The notes below the pieces were generated by a model. That model saw only the letters and a program-made list of their open reading frames with translations. It did not search any database and had not been told where the DNA came from. The translations under genes and the position numbers were made by a program. DNA of 64,000 bases, taken from contig OX597820.1 in assembly GCA_951406725.2 (NCBI GenBank), positions 118,420,001 through 118,484,000 of the forward strand, written 5' to 3'. The DNA comes from Octopus vulgaris (lineage: Eukaryota). Shown piece by piece: positions 12,367-27,878 of the stretch (position 1 is the first letter of the stretch; every line of letters starts with the position of its first letter).

Positions 12367-13887
12367 ATCTTCCTGTAAATATTCAGGGCAAGGCACTTTG
12401 GCGAAGTAACGGAATGAATTTAACTCAACTGAAATTTTCCATATTTTCGGATTTTCGAGATGTCACAACAGATAGCAGTTTCCAAATGTTTGAGCTGTTT
12501 ACAGCTTCACAGACAGGAGCATTGGCAGTGAAATATATTCTCCATAGACGTATCATAAAATAACCGTTAAAGATCTAAGAACCGCTAACCTCTAGATTGA
12601 TACTGAGTTATTTATTTCATCGATTTATTGAGTTATTTCATTGAATCGATTTAATCGCTGCAAATTTGTCATCGGACGTAATTTCCCCCTCACAATTACG
12701 AAGAGATAAGCAATCTTCTGGGATTTCTGCCTATAGCAGACTCAAATTAAAAGAATATTTGTTTTGTATCTGCTTTAATTTGAAACTCCGGAATCATTCA
12801 CGATTCCTGATTGACATCTTAGAGATTTTGGTAAGAGATTCGGTTCGGATTCTCGTTTGCGCTCTTGAACTAATTCCGTTCTTTGTTCTTTTTTTTCTTG
12901 TCTAATTGAAACAGTCGACAATTCTCATTCACTATGTACTTGACATCCTTTGAAATGTGACACAACATCCCAGACATTGTATAATAGAGTTCGTTACTAA
13001 CGTTTCGAAATCCGTTGGCCCTACATTATTTGATTCTATTCTAAATAGTACAAGCATGATTTATGGAAAATTATACTGTCTTATGAACAGAATACATACT
13101 CCCCCATAAACCTCGTAGTCTAGGGAGATATAACGCACAGGAATTCCAGAGAATGCTGGTGATGCTTTGATACTCATTTACACACCAAGAATTGCCAATA
13201 CCCTACACACTTGAAATTATACTTTTCACAAATACCCTATCACCACCACCACCACCACCACCACCTTGTTGTTGTTGTTCTTCTTCTTGTTCTTCTTGTT
13301 CTTCTTGTTCTTCTTGTTCTTGTTCTTCTCCTTCTCCTTCTCCTTCTCCTTCACCTTCTTCTTCTTCTTCTTCTTCTTCTTCTTCTTCTTCTTCTTCTTC
13401 TTCTTCTTCTTCTTCTTCTTCTTCTTCATTATACTTTCTGCTTACTGCACTCCACCTGATTTTCAATTTATCTGTCTAGAAGTAGGTGCTATATTTTGAG
13501 ACTAAAGGAGGATGTAGAGAAATGAATAACTCTTAAAAAAACATTGGTAAACTATGTAAAAACACCTCCAACTGCCTTGTGGAAATTTCTCTCAGCACCA
13601 AGAGAAACAACCGCTAGGCAGCTAAACTTCTTTGAAATCACACTCGTCTATGCTGGAAATGTTGGCAGACATATTTGATAATGTGTTTCAAAAGTCAAAA
13701 ATTGAGAGAAAAGGGAAGATAGTATTTTAATGGTACTTTGCTGCTTTTCTTGGCTGACCAAGCTGCTGGATGGAAGATTTCTTTATCAATGTATTATATA
13801 TATTCAGATTTATTTCAAGACTTCTTGCCAATAGAGAGTCGGCTTCTAATCTAGATCCAAGACTCCTTCGAATTCAGACATCAACAA

Positions 13888-14307
13888 TGTATGTATGTAT
13901 GTATGTATGTATGTATGTATGTATGTATGTATGTATGTATGTATGTATGTATGTATGTATGTATGTATGTATTGTATGCATGTATGTATGTATGTATGTA
14001 TGTATGTATGTATGTATGCATGTATGTATGTATGTATGTATGTATGTATGTATGTATGTATGTATGCATGCATACATGTATGTATGCATGCATGCATGTA
14101 TGTATGTATGTAATTATATATTTATGTATGAATGTAATTATGTATTTATGTATCTAATTATGTAATTATGTATGTATGTATGTATATATGTATGTATGAA
14201 TGTATGTATGTATGTATATATGTATGTATATATGTATGTATGTATGTATATATGTATGTATGTATATATGTACGTATGTATGTATGTATGTATGTATGTA
14301 TGTATAT
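13888..14307. repeat. (TATG)n microsatellite
   Basis: Tandem ATGT units with variants. Confidence 0.95.
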
Positions 14308-15134
14308 TGCGAGTTTTCATTCTCATTGGGTCGGATCGCATATCGTCTTCCATAACGTTTAAGTGCTCGCGAGTACAAGATATAACCCTGAATAAGATTC
14401 CAGTGTGTCGCAAATTTAATTTTTCAGCTATCGATTGGAATTATACACTGCTCAATGAACTAAACCATAAAATTAAGTGCTTTAATTAATGACATCATAG
14501 GCTGCTTCATTCCAGGATCGAAGTTACGGCAAAATAAACCCCTAAGCCATCACACACGCACACAAACACATATATATGCACACACATAGATGCAATGGGC
14601 TTCCGCATAGTTTCCATTATTTATTGGTCAGCTTGAGCTTATAATAGAAGATATATGCGAGATGTGGCATCAGTAGGATAAAATTTAAAATAACCTAGTT
14701 GCGAAGCTAACTTCTTAACCGCAGGCGTTCCAATACCGCTATGTAAGAATTCTTTAAATTATTTGAAACCGAATTTGAGATCTGGCTTGAGAGAATTGTA
14801 TTACACTGTGTTTCTTCAATGTTACAGGTTAAATTAAATTAGACACAATACTGTATTTTCTTTTTCACTGCCTTCTATTTCTAAAACAAATTGCGCAGGT
14901 TAAAAATAGTTTCAATTCACAAACTGAATATTATATTTGAAAAGCAATAATGCGCTGAATATAAAGTATTTGTAGAGAGTGATATTATTTGGTCGAAAAG
15001 TATATATAGAATGTTGCGTTCATTCTTTGCTTTACGTTTAACTTGTCATAATATGTGTGAAAAAATTCTTAAAGTTTCTGGTTGATGTTTTGCAAACAGC
15101 TTGTACATGTAAGTGCTACTAGTCTAAAGCTCCG

Positions 15135-15490
15135 CATACTTGAAACCACCAAGTGTATGGGGTCATCAGGAGAGAATGCGCGCCGTTTCGGGGCCTACCT
15201 CTCCACGACATCATTGCGCACCGGCCCTCTCACCTCATGATATGAGGCCCCGTTTGCTAGATCAACTGGTTATCAAATAAAGCTCAACATTCTTCTAGCC
15301 ATCGCTCATCATTTCTTTTTAACCAAGTCCAGTGGTTAGCCTTTTCCACTGTAGATTGAATATCGATTATAGTGGTATTTAGTTTATGATGAGTTAGGCC
15401 TAACGATAACAGCAGTCGTCTCACACTAAGTACAAATAATCTACACCCGACTTCGATTGGAAAATGCTTCACATTCTAGCCTGCGTCTTC
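15135..15490 (-). mobile_element. 3' fragment of an RLE-type non-LTR retrotransposon (Hero-like)
   Basis: KHFPIEVGCR...SVRRLLLSLG...VEKANHWTWLKR matches the C-terminus of Hero/NeSL-group elements, followed by a short 3' UTR. Confidence 0.7.
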
Positions 15491-16024
15491 ACATACCTTC
15501 TCGAGGAGGAATGTGAAGACGAGGGCTAGAAAGACCACTGAGTAACAGATGACAACAACAGCGAAAGAGCAGAGTCATATCTGCGTAGCCCAAAATGCAG
15601 TGGAATTTGTTTTCGTCTCTCTTTGTGCTGTGTTCAAATCCCTCTGTATCCATTCCTTCGAGGACTATAGAATGAAGTAACAGCCTAGAATGGCCAACCG
15701 AGAGAATCGTTAGCGCATCGAACAAAATGTCGCGCAGTATTTGTCTTAATTCTTTACGTTCTAAGCTAGACTTTATTTGTTGCTCTATTTAGCGCCACCA
15801 GGTGGGGCGACGATGAGAGGTTGCTACTGTAGAGGGATGCGTAACGTGAATTATAGCATCCAAGTGTAAAAAGAATGTTCGTCGACATGTCGAGAAATAA
15901 GCCCGAAAGGTCACCTTGTCGAACTAGAAATTTCAAATAGTTTTCATTTTAAAGAAAAAACTGAACTTCTCCAACTTGCTAAAAACCGGAACGAAAGGAA
16001 GAAATTAATCTTTAGTTTGTTCGA

Positions 16025-16175
16025 ATGCAGTAAGAAGTTTGCATTCCAGTCACATGGTTCTGGGTTCAGTCCCACTGCGTGGCACCTTTGGCAAGTGTCT
16101 TCTACTATAACCTCGGGCTCACCAAAGTCTTCTGAGTGGATTTGGTCGACGGAAACTGAAAGAAGCCCGTCGCGT
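16025..16175 (+). mobile_element. SINE family C head fragment
   Basis: GGTTCTGGGTTCAGTCCCACTGCGTGGCACC...GACGGAAACTGAAAGAAGCCCGTCG, as at 57360. Confidence 0.8.
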
Positions 16176-16181
16176 GTGTGT

Positions 16182-16226
<45 letters not shown>

Positions 16227-16689
16227 AGATGAGATCCAAACATTTTCCGTATAGAATACACTTAGTAGTGTTCAAGAAGTTTAAACTTGAGCGGGTTTAG
16301 GGGAGTAAATATAAAGATAAGCGAATTAGCCGGATCAATATATAAAGTATACTAAATACATGAAATACAAAAAAAATTATATATGTATCCGCAAAAAAGG
16401 TCAAACTTACACAGAATACAAACGATGCAGAGGATTAAATGGGTTGAAGAAAAGTATTACAAATCCTACAGCTGTTTCTTGGGGCTCAATGGTCCATAAT
16501 ATTTGTAGATTGATTCCATCACAGGATGAGACGAGCTTCTGTCATCAGGGAAGAGACATTAGATTTAAGATGTTAAAGAAAAGTTCAGAGATTCCGACAG
16601 GCTACAATAGGTGGTGGATGGAATATTTATTTGAAACATGGATATTTTTTCGCAACATCCTGGTAACTTTCATGCAACACTTTTGAGAT

Positions 16690-17490
16690 TCTAGTGTTAC
16701 ATGAGAGTTATCAGCATGTTGCAGAAAAATATCCCTGTTTCAAACAAATATTTCCTCAGCCACCTATTGTAGCCTTTAGACGGAATAAAAATATAAGGGA
16801 ATTATTAACCTCTACTTTTGACTCCAAGAAAACTAACATTGGAGTTTCTGAACGCTGTAGCTTGAAAAACAGCTGCAAGTGAGGTGAGCCCTGTTCATTG
16901 TGCAGCAACGTGAGTCAAGTCAATTGCATCGGGATTCATAACAGAAATGTGGGACGTGTAGAGATTCCCATTTTGTCTACGCAGCAGACTGCACCAAACA
17001 CATCTTAATCTGTGTTGGCAACAGAACAATTAAGCAAAAGATTCGATGGGAACACATATGACATTAGATACAAGAGCAGTAGTTCGACAGAAATTGCTGA
17101 ACATATTTAGATCAAACGGCTGTAATTTTAAAAAAGACTTAAAAGTACTCGTTCTCAAAAAATATTCTGAATCTACTACGCTTGTACATGTAAGTGCTAC
17201 TAGTCGAAAGCTCAAAAAATATATATATCGATTGGACTTATACACTGCTCAATGAACTAAAACATAAAATTAAGTGCTTTAATTAATGACATCTTAGGCT
17301 GCTTCCTTCCAGGATCGAAGTTACGGCAAAATAAAACCCCTAAGTCATCACACACGCACACAAACACACATATATGCACACACATAGATGCAATGGGCTT
17401 CCGCATAGTTTCCATCACTTATTCTGAATCTACTACGCTTTTAGTCCTCAAAATATATGAGGACAAATATGTTTGTGAGTTATTACTGAA
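16690..17490 (+). mobile_element. Degenerate PLE remnant (linker and GIY-YIG region), interrupted by a local templated insertion
   Basis: FPQPPIVAFRRNKNIRELL, a C..C linker (PCSLC), VYAADCTKH, CNFKKDLKVLVL and YEDKY, with stops and frameshifts. Confidence 0.7.
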
Positions 17491-17896
17491 CAAAATGGAG
17501 GAATTTCATTATATTTGCACAAAACTGTTTGATTAAATATTCTTCTTCTTTTTCTTTGTCTTTATTCTTTTCTTTCCCTTTTTTTTTCTGTCTTTTCGCC
17601 AATTGTAAAACTGAAAATTAAAGACTAATGATGTAATTCCGTCTAAGTGGGAACGCAGGACCTCCTCATTCAAGCTTTTCAATTTGAATGTCTATAATTT
17701 TGAATTTCCATGTATCGCTTTTCATTTCGAACTTGACAAACACAGGCAAACTATAGAATTATCGTTCAACCCAATAAAATACCTTCTGCAGAAATATCGC
17801 GCTCTTCGTATTATCTATTTACCTTCTTGAAGAGTTACACCAATCTTTTTAAAATAACAACAACAACAATGACAACAACAAGAATAATAATAAATC

Positions 17897-18480
17897 ATGA
17901 ACAAGGTAGCACCAACAATTATAAAATACATAAGACACTCTATGAATAAGTGGCAGGCAGTGCTACAGCTCCAAACAAAAGAGGGACTCGTGAAAACCAA
18001 AGCCATCCCCATTGGAAGAGGAATATTCCAGGGAAACACGCTCTCTCTACTCCTGTTCTGTTTGGCAGTGACACCTTTATCTGACATGCTAGAAAGAACC
18101 GGATGCGGATAAAAATGTAACGGCAAAACAATTAGCCACCTCTTATATATGGATGACCTAAAACTATACGCTACAAATGATAAACAGCTGGAAATACTAC
18201 TTCAGACAGTACATGTATTTACCAAAGAAATAGATATGAAATTTGGCTTAGAAAAATGTGCCAAAGCAACCTTGAAAATAGGAAAACTAGTTAAGAGTAG
18301 CAACATCACACTAGACAAAGCCAATGAAATAAGAGAATTAGACCAAAGCCAGACATACAAATATTTAGGAATCCATGAACTAGGTACGATACAACACACA
18401 CAAATGAAAGAGAAAATAAAGAAAGAATACTATAGTCGAGTGAGATCAATACTAAAAACAGCGATCAATGCTAAGAACCG
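17897..18480 (+). mobile_element. R4/Dong-clade non-LTR RT fragment next to an (AAT)n array
   Basis: IPIGRGIFQGNTLSLLLFC, ISHLLYMDDLKLYA, MKFGLEKCA and TYKYLG, with one in-frame stop. Confidence 0.85.
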
Positions 18481-18489
18481 AGATAATAG

Positions 18490-18560
18490 GAACGTTGAGA
18501 CGGGCGAAATACCGCTAAGAATTTTGCCTGGCGTGCTAACGACTCTGCCAGATCACCGCC

Positions 18561-18561
<1 letters not shown>
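18490..18561 (-). mobile_element. SINE family A head fragment
   Basis: Minus strand reads GGCGGTGATCTGGCAGAGTCGTTAGCACGCCAGGCAAAAT. Confidence 0.7.
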
Positions 18562-20300
<1,739 letters not shown>

Positions 20301-20632
20301 AGAAAAAGAGAGGAACTGAATAAACAAGTTGGGTTATTATCGAGTGTTATCATTCTTCAAGAAGGATTTATCCAAGATTCGGCGCAGGATCTCAGGCCAA
20401 ATCGCTTGTTAAACAAGTGCTGATGAACGTAATTGCTACTGATATATGTTTTAAAGTGTGCGAACATATAAATGCTGTTATTTAGACATAAAAGAGCGTA
20501 AAGAGAAATAATGGTTATCTTTCTCTTATTTAGTTCGGTTACATAATTCTCTACAAAAGATCTGTGTCTGCTCACTCAGTCAAACATGCACACATGTGAG
20601 AAAGAGGGGCGATTCATGTATGCGTGTATGTA

Positions 20633-20673
<41 letters not shown>

Positions 20674-20948
20674 GTGGGTCTATGTGTGATCTATGCATAT
20701 ATATATATATATGTAGATAGATAGATAGATAGATAGATACACATACACACACACATATATATAGACACACACATATGCATATATATATATATATATAGAT
20801 AGATAGATACAAAGAAAAATACATACACACACACATATATATATATATAGACACACATATATGCATATATATGTATATATTTATATTTATGCACACACAC
20901 ACACACACACGCATATATATATATAGATAGATACATAGAGAGATACAT

Positions 20949-20981
<33 letters not shown>

Positions 20982-21455
20982 GACATGCACATATATGCAT
21001 ATATATGTATATATTTATATATATTGTGCGTGTGTGTGTGAGTGTGTATATATGAATGTGTTTATGTATGTTTTGTGAGTGCGCAGATGTTTCATGTTTG
21101 TGCGTGTTTGCCTAATGAGTGGGTGAAACTGTTGCATATAATTAACGTTGCTGTGGTTATTGTTGTTGCTGCTGCTGTTGTTGTTGTTGTTGCTGTGGTT
21201 ATTGTTGTTGTTGTTCTCGTGTCTCGGTGATGTATTATTGTTATTCTAATCACTTCCTGCTCCTCTTCCGAAACCACAAGAAAAACATCTAACCGCTCAG
21301 CACGCAAAAAGATTTACGTTTGCTAAACTAACCAACGTTTGGTTGTGAGCACTAACTAGAGCCAGTCGCACAAGAAGACATACGACCAAACAGAAATCGA
21401 TATAATAACAGTACGTCCTTAATTCGGCGTTTCACATATGTGTGTGTGTGTGTGT

Positions 21456-21582
<127 letters not shown>

Positions 21583-21672
21583 GATATATGTATATATATG
21601 TGTATACATAAACACACACTAACAAACATACACACACACACACACACACTCATATATATATATACATATGTG

Positions 21673-21705
<33 letters not shown>

Positions 21706-21743
21706 ATTTAATGTATATATATTTATGTGCATGCATTTATAAG

Positions 21744-21783
<40 letters not shown>

Positions 21784-21950
21784 TTAACATACACATATGT
21801 AGATATATGTGTGTATGTGCGTATACATATATAAAATCATACATGCACACACATGTATACACATATATGTCATATATATATATAAATATATATGTATATA
21901 TGAGCATGTATATATATATGTATACATGTGTATACATATATATATATGTC

Positions 21951-22017
<67 letters not shown>

Positions 22018-22576
22018 ATATACACACACATATGCGCTTTAATAGGAGCGTACATTCGACATTGATATTGACGGACTTACCGAAAATCCAATACATATAT
22101 ATGTATGCATTGACAAATACACACACGCGCGTAGTACGATGCATGCACAAAGAACTATATGTAATATCCGATCCGTTTGAGTCATATTCTCGCTGGTTTG
22201 TCAGCAAATCAAAGAGACAACACGAATGTGCTTTACATCCATAGAAAATGTTACAAGCCAACAACTTCCGGTCGATGTTGTGAAACTGTATCACTAACGA
22301 GTCTGCCTTGTTATGTCGGCATTGTTGATAATAAGGCTCGCTTGTTGCCTCATTTTCTCAAAGACCAATAAGTATCTAGTCAATCTGTAGACATTTAGAC
22401 AATATATCATTAATGAAGAGAATATTGAGGAAAATAAAATAAAAGTAGATAAATGAGAGAAATTGTGCAACGAACGGAGTAGAAAATAAAACAATGTACA
22501 GAGCGAAAAAAGAATTAGTGACCGAATGAGAATGAGATTGAGTGCAGCAAAGGTGAATGAGTGTGTGCATGGTATA

Positions 22577-22626
<50 letters not shown>

Positions 22627-22777
22627 GTGGGGAGAAGGAAAGCTTACTTGAGTCAATGTGGAAATAGATTAAAAGGCATTAAATAGGAGTAAATAAAATG
22701 ATATTGCAGTTAATTAAAGAGTATGAAGGGATGTTGTATACATACTTTGTCTTCAACACCCCCTCACACACATATAA

Positions 22778-22811
<34 letters not shown>

Positions 22812-23399
22812 CTTCTAGGATCTGGGGCATCCTCCATCCGATTGCACTCAAATTTGATATGTAGATACCGACCGTATCAGGGCGTCTATAAGCCTTGAAA
22901 AGATTACAAAAATCGATTCCAGGTGAGAATGCAATCGATAAAGCCGTGGGAACGTGCATTTGTACGTGCAAGTACATCAGCTGTTGCGATCGATACTACG
23001 CCTACGCGAGAAAAATGCACGTGCATTTTGCGCAAAAAAAAGCCGGCTGGCTTGAAATAATGCCACAAAATGCTGTATATTTAAGAGACCAAAAAAGTAA
23101 GATGCAAAAGAGATATTTTCTTCAAACTTGGCATGAAGGAAGGAAAGCCTATCATAACAGCCTTATCATTACTGGTATTTAAAACTCTTCGGTTGCATAT
23201 TTGTGTGAATAAAATCGTTTTTCTTTGGAATTAAAAAAGTCTATCTTTATTTCTTCTTTTGCTGGTGTCTCAAATTTAGGTTAAATCAGTGTTTCTTAAA
23301 GGGGATGCCTATGGGACGGTCTGACAAGTTATTTTGAGAAAATTTGGTTTAACTGTTTGACAACTCAGTACCGTCCATTGGACGGGGGGCGTTTTGCTC

Positions 23400-23451
<52 letters not shown>

Positions 23452-23571
23452 CATATAAAAGAGGTGAACTTAAACAGGACACCTTATATACTAGAAAGGG
23501 TAATTAAAGCCCAAACCAAGAATAAGAGTATTTTCAAAGGGAAAGAAAAATAAAAAATATTTCTATAGTTA

Positions 23572-23641
23572 CCCCTACACTCGAGTTTCTGCATTAATGT
23601 GCAAACAAATTAATTTGCCGCCCGTGCTTCTTCAGTAAGGG
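23572..23641 (-). ncRNA. Type I hammerhead ribozyme (near-canonical; GUG triplet, probably inactivated)
   Basis: CCCTTA-CTGAAGA-AGCA...TGCA-GAAAC-TCGA-GTG-TAGGGG. Stem I has 6 bp and stem III is the palindrome ACTCGAGT. Confidence 0.75.
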
Positions 23642-25116
23642 CGCTAAGATTAATGCACGTAGGATCTCAGGCCGATAGAATAAGTACTAGGCTTACAAAG
23701 AATACATCCAGGGGGTTGATTTGTTTGACTAAAGGTGGTGCTCCAGCATGGCAGCAGTCAAATGACTGAAACAAGTAAAAGAATAGGCGCATGCGTAGTT
23801 TGTTTGTCCTCATCTTCATTGCAGGAAGATAAAGAGTTTCAAACAGAAGCAACGTTGAGTTGCTGATGAAGTGGAGTGCAGGCGGATTGACCAGCTGAAG
23901 GAGGCTACAGTTGATTTTGTTTTACGGTGGTGACACTATTCGCAATCACATTATGGAAAGATAAACACCGGGACTTACAAATATATATAACATACAGAAA
24001 GATAAAGTTTAAGAAGAGGAAATCAGCATTGAAGACAAACCACGCATTGAGAAGAAACCTTTTTGGGTCATTTGTACTAAAGGTCAATGAGAGAAAGAAG
24101 TGGTACCCGCTGACAGGCGAAACGCAACCCTCGAGTTTGTTTCACAAATGGACAGTGGTCACGATGCGTCGCAGGAGATAGTGATTATTGTCTTCGGAAA
24201 GAGACAGCAAAATGGGTACATCTAGATATGGCATGATCTTAAAGACGGACGTGTTGAAATCTGATCAGATGCGTTGGCGACATTTGAAGTCGACGAGGAC
24301 AAGTCGATGAGGACAAGTCGATGAGGACAGCTTTTCTTTCAGATCTAGTGACAGGGGTTGAAACCTGAGCATGGTATTATGATTCTGAAACAACGTCTCA
24401 ATTCATAGAACAGCGACAAATATTTTTTTCCCGAGGCCTAGGAATTTCTGAAGGCAATTATGAAGACAGAAAATCATGGAATCTCTCTTTTTCTGGGTGA
24501 CAGGTGTGTCATGCTCCCTGGGATTCTGGAAGTGACTGTCCACTGAACTGCGAACAGTACAATGAGATACTCTATGGCTTAGCGAAGCCATTAGGAGGAA
24601 GTGGCGGAAAAATGAACTCCCGTGTGTCATGGACAATTATTCAATCGCTGAATTTAAAGCTTGCTTTAAAACTTTCGATTTACATATATTCTTGTAATCT
24701 CGTGATTGGTGCGAGAGAGTCGTGAAAAATATGTATGAAAAGTGGAATTGCGCATCGCGTTGCGGCTGACGTAATTTAAATAATCTTGTAAAACTTGCGG
24801 TGTATAATATTTAATTTACAAGAAGACCGAGAGAGTCTCTTTAGCATAATCAGATGAGCATCGGGTTATTTGGAATGCGTGACTAAACCTATGTATATTA
24901 AAACATCTGGTCGCAAATCTTTTTACAATCTTAATGTGAAATACCGTATTCTTGTACACACAGAAACACACACTCACACATACACATTCACACTAACACA
25001 CAAACATACACACACGCACACGCACACACATTCTCACGCACATTCATACACATGCATAATCATGTACATACATGCGTATATCTATATACGCGTCTATATG
25101 TGTGTGTATGTGCGTG

Positions 25117-25287
<171 letters not shown>

Positions 25288-25736
25288 GAAAGCGAGGGAG
25301 AGATGGAGAGAAGGAGAGAGAGAAAGAGAGAGAAGGTGAGAAAGAGAAAGAGCGAGATGAATGGAGAAATCAACCATCTTAACAAATATTTGATTAGTTT
25401 TCCTCTCCTATAGATAGACCCCTCAGTCATGTACAGTTGCCCTTCTCTGCCATCGTATAACATGAAATCTAAAATCAATAGATTTCTTATCACTTGTTAT
25501 ATAGGAATTTTACAAGAATTTCTTCTATAAAATATGACATTGAAATTGGTAGGTTGTTGACCTTAACTTACGACATTCGAGCGGCGGCGCGGCGACCTGA
25601 CAGATTGCTCTTCGAGCAGGAATAAATCTCGTTTTCACTTTAATTTCACATAAGCTATTTTTGGAAGCTTAATTTCCGGAGATATATGTATGCATATACA
25701 TACATACATACATAAATGCATACATACATACATACA

Positions 25737-25874
<138 letters not shown>

Positions 25875-25904
25875 TATACATACATATATACATGCATACA
25901 TATA

Positions 25905-25940
<36 letters not shown>

Positions 25941-26472
25941 TATATACACACATACATGCATACATATATACATATACATATATATATATATATGTATATG
26001 TATATATGTATATGTATATATATATACATGTCCATATTGTATATGTATATATATATACATGTCCATATATGTTTGTATATATAAATATATATATACATAC
26101 TATATTGCACACTATATATATTGTGTATACATATATACACATACATTTACACTTGTATATGAATACCACTTTGATATTTAAACACTTGTCTGTTTTTGTT
26201 ATATCTAAAAGATTAATATTATAGCGCTGTCTATTTCAAGTCTTGGGTTAATTAGTTATCAAATTAATGCCCAAATGAATTAATCCATCAGAAAGTATGT
26301 GGCTTTGTATAAAGATCTGTATACAGTTCAGTCGCAAATCTTCTTCACTCTGCGAACATATGGTTATTTTAATTCCGATGTAAAACATACATATATATTC
26401 AACTGTGCTCATATATTGATACATACGGCCTGACATACATAAGTATACATACAGAGAATCATACATATACGT

Positions 26473-26850
26473 GGAGACGCAATGGTCCAGTGGTTAGGGC
26501 AGCGGACTCGCGGTCGTAGGATCGCGGTTTCGATTCCCAGACCGGACGTTGTGAGTGTTTATTGAGCGAAAACACCTAAAACTCCACGAGGCTCCGGCAG
26601 GGATGGTGGTGATCCTTGTTGTACTCTTTCACCACAACTTTCTCTCACTCTTACTTGCTGTTTCTGTTGTACCTGTATTTCAAAGGGCCGGCCTTGTCAC
26701 TCTCTGCGTCACGCTGAATATCCCCGAGAACTACGTTAAGGGTACACGTGTCTGTGGAGTGCTCAGCCACTTACACGTTAATTTCACGAGCAGGCTGTTC
26801 CGTTGATCGGATCAACCGGAACCCTCGTCGTCGTAACCGACGGAGTGCTT
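26473..26850 (+). mobile_element. SINE family B, full length
   Basis: tRNA-like head GGACTCGCGGTC with B box GGTTTCGATTCC. CATACATATACG flanks both ends. Confidence 0.9.
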
Positions 26851-27574
26851 CCACATACATATACGGTGGCTGTAAAATCGTTGATGAGTATGACCATCAC
26901 TGACAAATTATCTTATTCCTAGATGTTAAAGACAATACGTCCAGCGATGCCTGTGCTGAAAGTGAACAACAGTTTGTACAACTCCGCTAAGACTCTCACC
27001 AACAAAGGCAAGGAATCCAGAAATAAACAAAAGCAAGGTTTCTGGCTTTGCAATGAGGCGGTTGTTATTTTAGAACGTGCTACTCCTAGACTGAAGTCCA
27101 ATCAAATATTAGGAGTCTTTCAACCTTGCTGTTGGGTGACTCTTGGTTTTACTGCGTTCAGACGTCCTATGACAGCTTTTGTTTTTATCGTTTAGGATGT
27201 CCAACTAAAACAATTCTTACAAAGCAAGTTTGGTAAGGTTACTGGTTCACATACATACGCACATACAAACATACATGAAGAGCAAGCGACTTGCAGACTT
27301 GAACCGTATGAAACATGTCTGTGAAGTCTTTCACAACGATGCCGACCAAACCAAACCTTAATCGGTGTTTTTTACTTCCTTTAGTTTCTGGTGTTTTAAA
27401 TAAGAGAAACACCAGCTATTTACCAAAGAGCTTAGGGAGTCAAAAGAAATACTGCAAATCATATTTTCTGTATCTCTCTAAAGTTTCTGCCAAACTTCTG
27501 AAGAAGAGATTGTTTCTGATGTAGGTCAAAGGTCAGAAAAGTCGAGGGGAGGAGGTTAGAGGAAGAGACCGCCC

Positions 27575-27878
27575 CCTTCGGACCATGGTATTGCACCTAG
27601 AAAGTTACCGTCCGAGGCACAAATCCGGGCAAGGTTGTTTGTGGAAGGCCAGCAGTCGCCCCTCTACACACCACTGATGTTATGCAAGGGAAAGGCAAAG
27701 GCCGAAACAGCTTGGCACCAGTAACGTCGCAGCTCATTTCTACAGCTCAGTGAAATGGAGCAACGAAAAATAAAAGTGTCTTGCTCAAGAACACGACACG
27801 CAGCCTGGTCTGGGAATCGAACTCACAACCTGATGATTGTAAGCTGAACGCTCTAACAACTGAGCCATGTGCCTTCAC
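27575..27878 (-). mobile_element. tRNA-derived SINE, family D
   Basis: Minus strand reads GTGAAGGCACATGGCTCAGTTGTTAGAGCG...GAGTTCGATTCCC...CTTGAGCAAGACACTT. Confidence 0.75.

Noticed and set aside
15160-15200. GAAAC...CTGATGA on the minus strand (possible type II hammerhead)
   Set aside because: No NUH triplet or stem II pairing. It lies in a Hero-like 3' UTR.
16860-16910. In-frame TGA near cysteines in a PLE remnant (possible selenocysteine, as in Naiad PLEs)
   Set aside because: The copy is heavily decayed, the TGA does not clearly sit at a Cys position, and no SECIS was recognised. The intact PLE has no in-frame TGA.
22812-23400. Possible Helentron/DINE-like or MITE element after (TG)n
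   Set aside because: Only a vague motif resemblance (CCGATTGCACTCAAATTTGATATGTAG), and termini could not be defined.
24289-24330. Three 15-bp direct repeats (AAGTCGATGAGGAC-like); also a 40-bp tandem at 59893-59972 and an approximately 216-bp tandem at 47298-47690
   Set aside because: Simple tandem duplications without spacers. Not CRISPR-like and no functional signal.
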